A stretch of 64,000 nucleotides of DNA from Phyllobates terribilis. Taxonomy: Eukaryota. The notes beneath the pieces were generated by a model, which was not told the origin of the DNA, made no database searches, and saw only the letters and a list, made by a program, of their open reading frames with translations. The translations under genes and the position numbers were made by a program. The stretch covers positions 806,992,001 through 807,056,000 of the forward strand of contig NW_027362764.1 in assembly GCF_046119375.1 (NCBI RefSeq). Reading direction: 5' to 3'. Positions 14,307 to 24,560 of the stretch are shown piece after piece (positions within the stretch are counted from its first letter, which is position 1; every line of letters starts with the position of its first letter).

Positions 14307-16884
14307 AGAATCTTATCATGTATCTCTGTATACAGGGAGCTCCCCCTAGTGGTGACTGCAGACAGATTCTTATCATGTATCTCTGTATATTGGGAGCTCC
14401 CCCTAGTGGTGGCTGCAGACAGGATCTTATCATGTATCTCTGTATACAGGAGACTCCCCCTAGTGGTGGCTGCAGACAGGATCTTATCATGTATCTCTGT
14501 ATACAGGGAGCTCCCACTAGTGGTGGCTGCAGACAGAATCTTATCATGTATCTCTGTATACAGGGAGCTCCCCCTAGTGGAGGCTGCAGACAGAATCTTA
14601 TCATGTATCTCTGTATACAGGGAGCTCCCCCTAGTGGTGACTACAGACAGATTCTTATCATGTATCTCTGTATACAGGGAGCTCCCCCTAGTGGTGGCTG
14701 CAGACAGGATCTTATCATGTATCTCTGTATACAGGGAGCTCCACCTAGTGGTGACTGCAGACAGAATCTTATCATGTATCTCTGTATACAGGCAGCTCCC
14801 CCTAGTGGTGACTGCAGACAGATTCTTATCATGTATCTCTGTATACAGGGAGCTCCCCCTAGTGGTGGCTGCAGACAGAATCTTATCATGTATCTCTGTA
14901 TACAGGGAGCTCCCCCTAGTGGTGACTGCAGACAGGATCTTATCATGTATCTCTGTATACAGGGAGCTCCCCCTAGTGGTGACTGCAGACAGATTCTTAT
15001 CATGTATCTCTGTATACAGGAGACTCCCCCTAGTGGTGGCTGCAGACAGAATCTTATCATGTATCTCTGTATACAGGGAGCTCCCCCTAGTGGTGACTGC
15101 AGACAGATTCTTATCATGTATCTCTGTATACAGGAGACTCCCCCTAGTGGTGGCTGCAGACAGGATCTTATCATGTATCTCTGTATACAGGGAGCTCCCC
15201 CTAGTGGTGGCTGCAGACAGAATCTTATCATGTATCTCTGTATACAGGAAGCTCCCCCTAGTGGTGGCTGCAGACAGTATCTTATCATCTGTCTCTGTAT
15301 ACAGGGAGCTCCCCCTAGTGGTGGCTGCAGACTGAATCTTATCATGTATCTCTGTATACAGGGAGCTCACCCTAGTGGTGGCTGCAGACAGGATCTTATC
15401 ATGTATCTCTGTATACAGGGAGCTCCCCCTAGTGGTGGCTGCAGACAGGATCTTATCATGTATCTCTGTATACAGGGAGCTCCCCCTAGTGGTGGCTGCA
15501 GATAGAATCTTATCATGTATCTCTGTATACAGGGAGCTCCCCCTACTGGTGGCTGCAGACAGGATCTTATGTATCTGTATACAGGGAGCTCCTGCTAGTG
15601 GAGGCTGCAGACAGGATCTTATCATGTATCTCTGTATACAGGGAGCTCCCCCTAGTGGTGGCTGCAGACAGAATCTTATCATGTATCTCTGTATACAGGG
15701 AGCTCCCCCTAGTGGTGGCTGCAGACAGGATCTTATCATGTATCTCTGTATATAGTGATCTCCCCCTAGTGATGGCTGCAGGCAGGATCTTATCATGTAT
15801 CTCTGTATACAGGGAACTCCCCCTAGTGGTGGTTGCAGACAGGATCTTATCATGTATCTCTGTATACAGGGAGCTCCCCCTAGTGATGACTGCAGACAGG
15901 ATCTTATCATGTATCTCTGTATACAGGGAGCTCCCCCTAGTGATGACTGCATACAGAATCTTATCATGTATCTCTGTATACAGGGAGCTCCCCCTAGTGG
16001 TGGCTGCAGACAGAACCTTATCATGTTTCTCTGTATACAGGGAGCCCCCCCCTAGTGATGACTGCATACAGAATCTTATCATGTATCTCTGTATACAGGG
16101 AGCTACCCCTAGTGGTGGCTGCAGACAGGATCTTATCATGTATCTCTGTATACAGGGAGCTCCCCCTAGTGGTGGCTGCAGACAGAACCTTATCATGTTT
16201 CTCTGTATACAGGGAGCCCCCCCCTAGTGATGACTGCATACAGAATCTTATCATGTATCTCTGTATACAGGGAGCTCCCCCTAGTGGTGGCTGCAGACAG
16301 AACCTTATCATGTATCTCTGTATACAGGGAGCTCCCCCTAGTGGTGGCTGCAGGCAGGATCTTATCATGTATCTCTGTATACAGGGAACTCCCCCTAGTG
16401 GTGGTTGCAGACAGGATCTTATCATGTATCTCTGTATACAGGGAGCTCCCCCTAGTGATGACTGCAGACAGGATCTTATCATGTATCTCTGTATACAGGG
16501 AGCTCCCCCTAGTGGTGACTGCAGACATAATCTTATCATGTATCTCTGTATACAGGGAGCTCCCTCTAGTGGTGGCTGCAGACAGAATCTTATCATGTAT
16601 CTCTGTATACAGGGAGCTACCCCTAGTGGTGGCTGCAGACAGGATCTTATCATGTATCTCTGTATACAGGTAGCACCCCCTAGTGGTGGCTGCAGACAGA
16701 ACCTTATCATGTTTCTCTGTATACAGGGAGCTCCCCCTAGTGGTGGATGCAGACAGAATCTTATCATGTATCTCTGTATACAGGGAGCTCCCCCTAGTGG
16801 TGACTGCAGACAGAATCTTATCATGTATCTCTGTATACAGGGAGCTCCCCCTAGTGGTGTTTGCAGACAGATTCTTATCATGTA
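14307..16884 (+). repeat. 57-bp minisatellite, about 45 copies
   Basis: Monomer TCTTATCATGTATCTCTGTATACAGGGAGCTCCCCCTAGTGGTGGCTGCAGACAGGA, giving 19-aa periodicity in the ORF track. Contains the palindromes CTGTATACAG and GGGAGCTCCC. A local 172-bp duplication is marked by GGGAGCCCCCCCCTAG at about 16041 and 16213. Confidence 0.98.
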
Positions 16885-17634
16885 CTCCCTATAGACCTCA
16901 GTGGAGGTATATTCAGTATTAGGATCCATTTTTCTTCCTTTCTGGTTCATGCATGAGACGTTGCCTCTGATATCAGGCACACAGACTGCTGGATGGAGGA
17001 GAATGAGTTTTCCTTTTCTGCATGTGTTTCGCCATTGTTCCATTTAGCTTTCGCCGAGGTATATTTTACATTTTAGACCTGTGTACACCAGTGCAATGCT
17101 GCATTGGAAATGTAGTACACGGAGCTGGAATCTGCATCGGACGAGCATGTGACGGGGAGACAGATAAGGGGTCTAAAATATATGAATCATCCTCTATGAG
17201 GGAATGATGAGAGTTGTTGTCCTGCAGGTGTGTGGGGTGCAGCCGGACATTGCGCTGTGAAGAGAAATATTTGCTTTCGCTCGTAGCCGGGAAACCAGAA
17301 GGACGCAATTAATTTCTTGCCATGTGTGAAATATGTCCCCACTTCTCGTCTCCTGGTTCTTTCTGCTCTTTCCTTGGGCAGAAGAAATTTGTCTGCGTGA
17401 GCGATGTCTGCTGACAGACTAAGCAGCTAAAAATGACATGTCAATAGGGCCACAATTAAGGGAATCGAGTCGGCGCAGCCTCCGGGGACGGATATTTATC
17501 TGAAATCAATGGCCACGAAAGCGGAAGAGGAGAAAATCCCGCTGCGAGTGTTTAGGGCCTCGCCAGGTAGTTTATGTCCTGTATGAGGAGAGACACGGAG
17601 ATGTGATGTGTGGTGCACCGCTGCCGAACACCGG

Positions 17635-20600
17635 GGAGAAGAGACAGAGACGTTATCTGAGGAAAAGAGACAGGAACATCATCTGGGAAAAAGAGACAGA
17701 GACGTCATCTGGGGGAGAAGAGACGTGACGTCATCCGGGGGAGAAGAGATGGAGACGTCATCCGGGGGAGAAGAGATGGGGACGTCATCTGGGGGAGAAG
17801 AGACGGGACGTCATCCGGGGGAGAAGAGACGGGACGTCATCCGGGGGAGAAGAGATGGGGACGTCACCTGGGGAAGAAGAGACTGGACGTCATCCGGGGG
17901 AGAAGAGACGGGACGTCATCCGGGAGAGAAGAGATGGGGACGTCATCCGGGGGAGAAGAGATGGGGACGTCATCTGGGGAAGAAGAGACTGGACGTCATC
18001 CGGGGGAGAAGAGACGGGACGTCATCCGGGGGAGAAGAGACGGGACGTCATCCGGGGGAGAAGAGACGGGACGTCATCCGGGGGAGAAGAGACGGGACGT
18101 CATCTGGGGGAGAAGAGATGGGGACGTCATCTGGGGGAGAAGAGATGGGGACGTCATCCGGGGGAGAAGAGACGGGACGTCATCCGGGGGAGAAGAGACG
18201 GGACGTCATCTGGGGGAGAAGAGATGGGGACGTCATCTGGGGGAGAAGAGATGGGGACGTCATCCGGGGGAGAAGAGACGGGACGTCATCCGGGGGAGAA
18301 GAGACGGGACGTCATCCGGGGGAGAAGAGACGGGATGTCATCCGGGGGAGAAGAGACGGGACGTCATCCGGGGGAGAAGAGATGGGGACGTCATCCGGGG
18401 GAGAAGAGATGGGGACGTCATCTGGGGAAGAAGAGACTGGACGTCATCCGGGGGAGAAGAGACGGGACGTCATCCGGGGGAGAAGAGACGGGACGTCATC
18501 CGGGGGAGAAGAGACGGGACGTCATCCGGGGGAGAAGAGATGGGGGCGTCATCCAGGGGAGAAGAGACGGGACGTCATCCGGGGGAGAAGAGATGGGGAC
18601 GTCATCTGGGGAAGAAGAGATGGGGACGTCCTCCGGGGGAGAAGAGATGGGGACGTCATCCGGGGGAGAAGAGATGGGGACGTCATCTGGAGAAGAAGAG
18701 ACTGGACGTCATCCGGGGGAGAAGAGACGGGACGTCATCCGGGGGAGAAGAGACGGGACGTCATCCGGGGGAGAAGAGACGGGACGTCATCCGGGGGAGA
18801 AGAGACGGGGGCGTCATCTGGGGAAGAAGAGACTGGACGTCATCCGGGGGAGAAGAGACGGGACGTCATCCAGGGGAGAAGAGGCGGGGACGTCATCTGA
18901 GGAAGAAGAGACTGGACGTCATCCGGGGGAGAAGAGACGGGACGTCATCCGGGAGAGAAGAGACGGGGGCGTCATCCGGGGGAGAAGAGATGGGGCGTCA
19001 TCCGGGGGAGAAGAGGCGGGGACGTCATCTGGGGAAGAAGAGACGGGACGTCATCCGGGGGAGAAGAGATGGGGACGTCATCCGGGGGAGAAGAGATGGG
19101 GACGTCCTCCGGGGGAGAAGAGATGGGGACGTCATCCGGGGGTGAAGAGACGGGGACGTCATCCGAGGGAGAAGAGACGGGACGTCATCCGAGGGAGAAG
19201 AGACGGGAACGTCATCCGGGGGAGAAGAGACAGGATCATCTGGGGAAGAAGAGACGGGACGTCATCCGGGGGAGAAGAGACGGGGGCGTCATTCGGGGGA
19301 GATGAGACAGGAACATCATCCGGGGAAGAAGAGACGGGACGTCATCCGGGGGAGAAGAGACGGGGGCGTCATCCGGGGGAGAAGAGACGGGGGCGTCATC
19401 CGGGGGAGAAGAGACAGGGGCGTCATCCGGGGGAGAAGAGGCGGGGACGTCATCCAGGGGAGAAGAGGCGGGGATATCATCCGGGGTAGAAGAGACAGGA
19501 ACATCATCCGGGGAAGAAGAGACGGGACATCATCCGGGGGAGAAGTAACGGGGGCGTCTTCCGGGGGAGAAGAGACGGGGACGTCATCTGGGGAAGAAGA
19601 GGCAGGGACGTCATCCGGGGGAGAAGAGACAGGAACATCATCCGGGGAAGAAGAGACGGGACGTCATCCGGGGGAGAAGAGACAGGGGCGTCATCCGGGG
19701 GAGAGGAGACGGGGACGTCATCCGGTGGGAGAAGAGACGGGGGCGTCATCCGAGGGAGAAGAGACGGGGACGTCATCCGGGGGAGAAGAGGCGGGGACGT
19801 CATCCGGGGGAGAAGAGGCGGGAACTTCATCCGGGAGAGAAGAGACGGGAACATCATCCGGGGAAGAAGAGACGGGACGTCATCCGGGGGAGAAGAGACG
19901 GGGGCGTCATCCGGGGGAGAAGAGACGGGGGCGTCATCTGGGGGAGAAGAGACGGGGGCGTCATCCGGGGGAGAAGAGACAGGGGCGTCATCCGGGGGAG
20001 AAGAGGCGGGGACGTCATCCAGGGGAGAAGAGGCGGGGATATCATCCGGGGTAGAAGAGACAGGAACATCATCCGGGGAAGAAGAGACGGGACGTCATCC
20101 GGGGGAGAAGTAACGGGGGCGTCTTCCGGGGGAGAAGAGACGGGGACGTCATCTGGGGAAGAAGAGGCAGGGACGTCATCCGGGGGAGAAGAGACAGGAA
20201 CATCATCCGGGGAAGAAGAGACGGGACGTCATCCGGGGGAGAAGAGACAGGGGCGTCATCCGGGGGAGAGGAGACGGGGACGTCATCCGGTGGGAGAAGA
20301 GACGGGGGCGTCATCCGAGGGAGAAGAGACGGGGACGTCATCCGGGTGAGAAGAGGCGGGGACGTCATCCGGGGGAGAAGAGGCGGGAACTTCATCCGGG
20401 AGAGAAGAGACTGGAACATCATCCGGGGAAGAAGAGACGGGACGTCATCCGGGGGAGAAGAAACGGGGGCGCCATCCGAGGGAGAAGAGACGGGGACGTC
20501 ATGCGGGGAAGAAGAGACGGAGACGTCATCCGGGGAGAAGAGACAGAGACGTCATCCGGGGAAGAGGAGACGGGACGTCAACTGGGGGAGAAGAGATGGG

Positions 20601-20640
20601 GACGTCATCTGGGGGAGAAGAGACGGGTAATCCGGGGAAA
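17635..20640 (+). repeat. Purine-rich 26/27-bp minisatellite, about 110 copies
   Basis: Monomer GGGACGTCATCCGGGGGAGAAGAGAC, with 27-bp GATGGGGACG variants. Both edges are degenerate. An internal ~565-bp block is duplicated (19504 vs 20069). Confidence 0.96.
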
Positions 20641-20658
20641 AGAGGCAGAGATGTCTGC

Positions 20659-21260
20659 GGTCTGTATTTAAGGGGTCAGGTCTGGGGGTCTGTATTTAGG
20701 GGGTTAAGTCTGGGGTCTGTATTTAGGGGGTTGGGTCTGGGGTCTGTATTTAGGGGGTCAGGTCTGAATGAAGGGGGTCAGGTCTGGGGTCTGTATTTAG
20801 AGGGTCAGGTCTGGGATCTGTATTTAGGGGGTCAGGTCTGGATGAAGGGGGTCAGGTCTGGGGTCTGCATTTAGGGGGCCGGGTCTGGGGTCTGTATTTA
20901 GGGGGTCATGTCTGGGGTCTGTACTTAGGGGGTCAGGTCTTTGGTCTGTATTTAGGGGGTCAGGTCTTGGGTCTGTATTTAGGGGGTCAGGACTGGGGTC
21001 TGTATTAAGGGGGTCAGGTCTTGGGTCTGTATTTAGGGGGTCAGGACTGTGGTCTGTATTTAGGGGGTCAGGTCTTGGGTCTGTATTTAAGGGGTCAGGT
21101 CTGGGGTCTGTATTTAGGTCTCAGGTCAGACTCTGAAAATAAATTCAGACCCCAGATCAGCCATTAAAATTAATATAGACCCCAGACCAGACCCCTGAAA
21201 AATACCCAGACTTCAGGCCAGACACCTGAAATAAATTCTGACTCCAGACCCTAGATCTGA
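20659..21260 (+). repeat. 27-bp G-rich tandem repeat (about 17 copies) followed by degenerate inverted copies
   Basis: CTGTATTTAGGGGGTCAGGTCTGGGGT repeats to about 21122. Reverse-complement remnants (TAAATTCAGACCCC, ATAGACCCCAGACC) follow at about 21139-21260. Confidence 0.9.
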
Positions 21261-22541
21261 TTTCGACCTTGGCCCACACCCTGATGGCGGGGGGTCTGCA
21301 CGGTCCGGGCAGCTGGTGCTCCAGGTCCAGATATGAACTCGACACCTATAGGGTATTCTTGTCTCAGACATCTTAGGTTATGTGATGCTTTATGTTCTTT
21401 TTTATGTCCCTTTTTAGACCATCCATGATGACAATGAGCCCCTGTCCATCGCCCGACAGATCCACCCGGCCCTGGATCCCTGCAGGAGGGGTCTCTGGGA
21501 TGTGACCCCTTTAATACACGGTCTTCAGGTTGAGTGACAACACCGGCAGAGCCTGGACGGACGAGCGGGCACGTAGTAATGCTGTGCAGAGACTTGGGGG
21601 ATGCTGGGAGGTGTTGAGAGGACGAATATGTCTTTTTCCACCGCAGGTCACAGACGTTTCACTCCCTGACTGACGAGGATAAAACATTGTCGTCGGCAAA
21701 AAGCGTGAATGACTCCTGGAGACGCGGTGGCACTTACATACGCCATCATCTCATCATCTAATGCTTCTCTAGGTCTGAAGTACAAGGTCTGCAGCTCTCA
21801 GCCATTATCCCCTCCGCTGGGGATGAACATCACAGGGTGGAGCAGATGATCTGTCGGGGGATGAGCAGAGCGCCCCCTTATGTCCACACCGTCTCCTCCT
21901 GTCGTCGCCTGCAGCTGCTCGGGAAATCAATTCTGGACGAATTGTGTGACATATAGGGAGGTGAAGTACCAAGACCACGACGTGTGGGGGACACGATACA
22001 ATGGAGACGGATGAAGAGGGAGAAGGAGGGAACATGGAAGCAGCAAGACGGGCAAGCCCCAAATATCATAAGACCAAGAGTCAGGACCAACGGGGTACAT
22101 GGCTGGGTCATCAAATGGGGGAGAAAAACACCCGGAAACCAGAGAGGGTCATTAGGTCCCCAGATATGGGACTAGAAAATTACTGGATATCTGGATCACC
22201 ACTTATGACCACCACATCACTAAACATATAGCGGGTGAAATAACTAATGAACTCGTCACCAATTTCCTAAGTAAATCTATTTCGAAAGCTGCTATCCACA
22301 CAGGCAAAGAAATCACCATAGATGTCAATGTCGATGTAATAATGAGAAATGACACTGGGAAAAGTATTAAACACATGAAGAAATAGAGGAGCAAAACGCC
22401 CTGGAAAGTCCTGACACCGACTGAGATCTATCAGTAATTAGAAAGCAATCCTGACACTTAGTGACCAATAATATCAGCCAGTTCAAATGATCGCTGATAA
22501 AAATGTGTCTCATTATCAAGGCGCCACACAAGAACCATCTC

Positions 22542-24176
22542 ATGATGTGTAAAACCAGTGAACTGCCTCAAGACCTTCACAACCTTATTGCTGCAAAACA
22601 TGCTGAGGTTATTGGTTACAAAAGAATTTCTAAAACTACTGAAGGTTCCAGTGAGCGCTGCTGGGGCCATAATCTGGAAGTGGAAACAAAATGATTTCAC
22701 CATAAACCGGCTACGACCATGTGCTCCCCGCAAGATGTCAGACAGAGGAGTGAAAAGAATTAACAAAAGAGTTGTCCAAGGGTCAAGGACCATCTGTGGA
22801 GAGCTACAGAAAGACCTGCAATCAGCAGGCACAATTGTTTAACAAAAAACTATAAGTAATGCACTCAACCTCCATGGCCTGTATGCATGTTCACCATGCA
22901 ACCTCCATGGCCCGTATGCAGGCTCACCACGCAATCTCCATGGCCTGTATGCATTCTCACCAGGCAACCTCCATGGCCTGTATGCACGCTCACCACACAA
23001 CCTCCATGGCCTGTATGCACGCTCACCACGCAACCTCCATGGCCTGAATGCACGCTCACCACGCAACCTCCATCACCTGTATGCACGCTCACCACACAAC
23101 CTCCATGGCCTGTATGCTCGCTCACCACACAACCTCCATCGCCTGTATGCACGCTCACCACGCAACCTCCATGGCCTGTATGCACGCTCACCACGCAACC
23201 TCCATGGCCTGTATGCACGCTCACCACGCAACCTCCATGGCCTGTATGCACGCTCACCACGCAACCTCCATGGCCTGTATTCACACTCACCATGCAACCT
23301 CCATGGCCTGTATGCACGCTCACCACGCAACCTCCATGGCCTGTATGCACGCTCACCACGCAACCTCCATGGCCTGTATTCACACTCACCATGCAACCTC
23401 CATGGCCTGTATGCACGCTCACCATGCAACCTCCATGGCCTGTATTCACACTCACCATGCAACCTCCATGGCCTGTATGCACGCTCACCACGCAACCTCC
23501 ATGGCCTGCATGCACGCTCACCACACAACCTCCATGGCCTGTATGCACGCTCACCACGCAACCTCCATGGCCTGTATGTATGCTCACCATGCAACCTCCA
23601 TGGCCTGTATGCATGCTCACCACGCAACCTCTATGGCCTGTATGCAAGCTCACCAGGCAACCTCCATGGCCTGTATGCACGCTCACCACGCAACCTCCAT
23701 GGCCTGTATGCACGCTCACCACACAACCTCCATGACCTGTATGCTCGCTCACCACGCAACCTCCATGGTCTGTATGCTCGCTCACCACGCTACCTCCATG
23801 GTCTGTATGCACGCTCACCACACAACCTCCATGACCTGTATGCACGCTCACCACGCAACCTCCATGGCCTGTATGCTCGCTCACCACGCAACCTCCCAAA
23901 CACACAGCCAAGGAAATTCTCAAATGGTTTTTGAGAAAGAATATAAATCTGCTAGAATGGCCGAGCCGATCACCGGACCTGAATCCAATAGAAAATGTGT
24001 GGAAGGAACTAAAGCTCAGAGATCATAGAAGGAGCCACAGAAGCTTCAGGATGTGACGAGTGTTTGTGTGGAAGAATGGGCTAAAATCCCACCTGAGCAA
24101 TGTCTGCCACTAGTTTCTCCATCAGGCGGAGCCTTGAAGCTTCATCACCAACAAAGGCTTTTGTGCAAAGTATTAA
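22542..24176 (+). pseudogene. Tc1 transposase pseudogene (element A)
   Basis: N-terminal part: MMCKTSELPQDLHNLIAAKH..GYKRISK / LLKVPVSAAGAIIWKWK..RPCAPRKMSDRG..GELQKDLQSAGTIV*QKTISNALNLHGLYA, with a frameshift near 22635 and a stop at 22840. After the array: PKHTAKEILKWFLRKNINLLEWPSRSPDLNPIENVW..KGFCAKY*. The two catalytic Asp motifs (WSDE, QDND) are absent; the Glu motif (NPIE) is present. Confidence 0.93.
22866..23895 (+). repeat. 33-bp minisatellite derived from Tc1 transposase coding sequence, about 31 copies
   Basis: Monomer CAACCTCCATGGCCTGTATGCACGCTCACCACG. In the transposase frame it reads NLHGLYARSPR and is continuous with the upstream TISNAL codons. Confidence 0.97.
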
Positions 24177-24399
24177 ATACATTTCAGTAAGGGTGTGCAA
24201 TATTTTTTCCCTGCGTCACTTCTCATTATTACACATAATTTATGGAAATCTATAGTGATTTCTTTGCTGCGTGGATTGGATGGGATCTTACCGACATCTG
24301 GGGAGAATTTCATGTCAATAGCACCTTTACAAATACATTTACTTAGAAAACTGGCAATGTGTTCAATACTAATTTCACCCACTGTATACACTGCATATA

Positions 24400-24560
24400 C
24401 AGCTTGTGCGAAAGTTTAGGCAAGTGTATAATAAATGCTGCAGAGAAGATTCATACACAGAAGGGTTAATAGTATATTTTTATAAATTATCAAAATTAAA
24501 AGTGATGAAAAGAGAAATGTAAATTTCATCAGTATCTGGTGACCGCCCGTCGCCTCCATC
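24400..24560 (-). mobile_element. Tc1/mariner element B: 3' end only
   Basis: TA (24398-99) is followed by the TIR-like CAGCTTGTGCGAAAGTTTAGGCAAG and about 130 bp of AT-rich UTR. On the minus strand follows GAG GCG ACG GGC GGT CAC C AGA TAC TGA, resembling the Tc1 transposase C-terminus (KAKGGHTKY*). Family assignment rests on general knowledge of Tc1 ends. Confidence 0.72.

Larger units (their letters stand above)
22430..24384 (+). mobile_element. Tc1/mariner element A: 5'-truncated, internally deleted, carrying a 33-bp array
   Basis: Transposase-like translation at both ends of the array. The right TIR reads CAGTGGGTGAAATTAGTATTGAACAC on the minus strand, ends at 24384, and is followed by TA (24385-86). 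No left TIR found, so the left boundary is approximate. Confidence 0.93.

Noticed and set aside
14339-14365. TGCAG near the CTCF-like core as the upstream ZF9-11 motif
   Set aside because: It lies only 3 bp from the core, much closer than the known spacing, so only the core match is claimed.
14300-20630. Repetitive ORFs of 200-570 aa in the 57-bp and 26/27-bp arrays
   Set aside because: Open in several frames and on both strands, and low in complexity: translation artefacts of tandem repeats.
22156-22383. Faint resemblance of KEITIDVNVDV to the GDFN motif of LINE APE endonucleases
   Set aside because: The key Gly and Phe residues are absent and no RT sequence is nearby. Kept only as an unassigned open frame.
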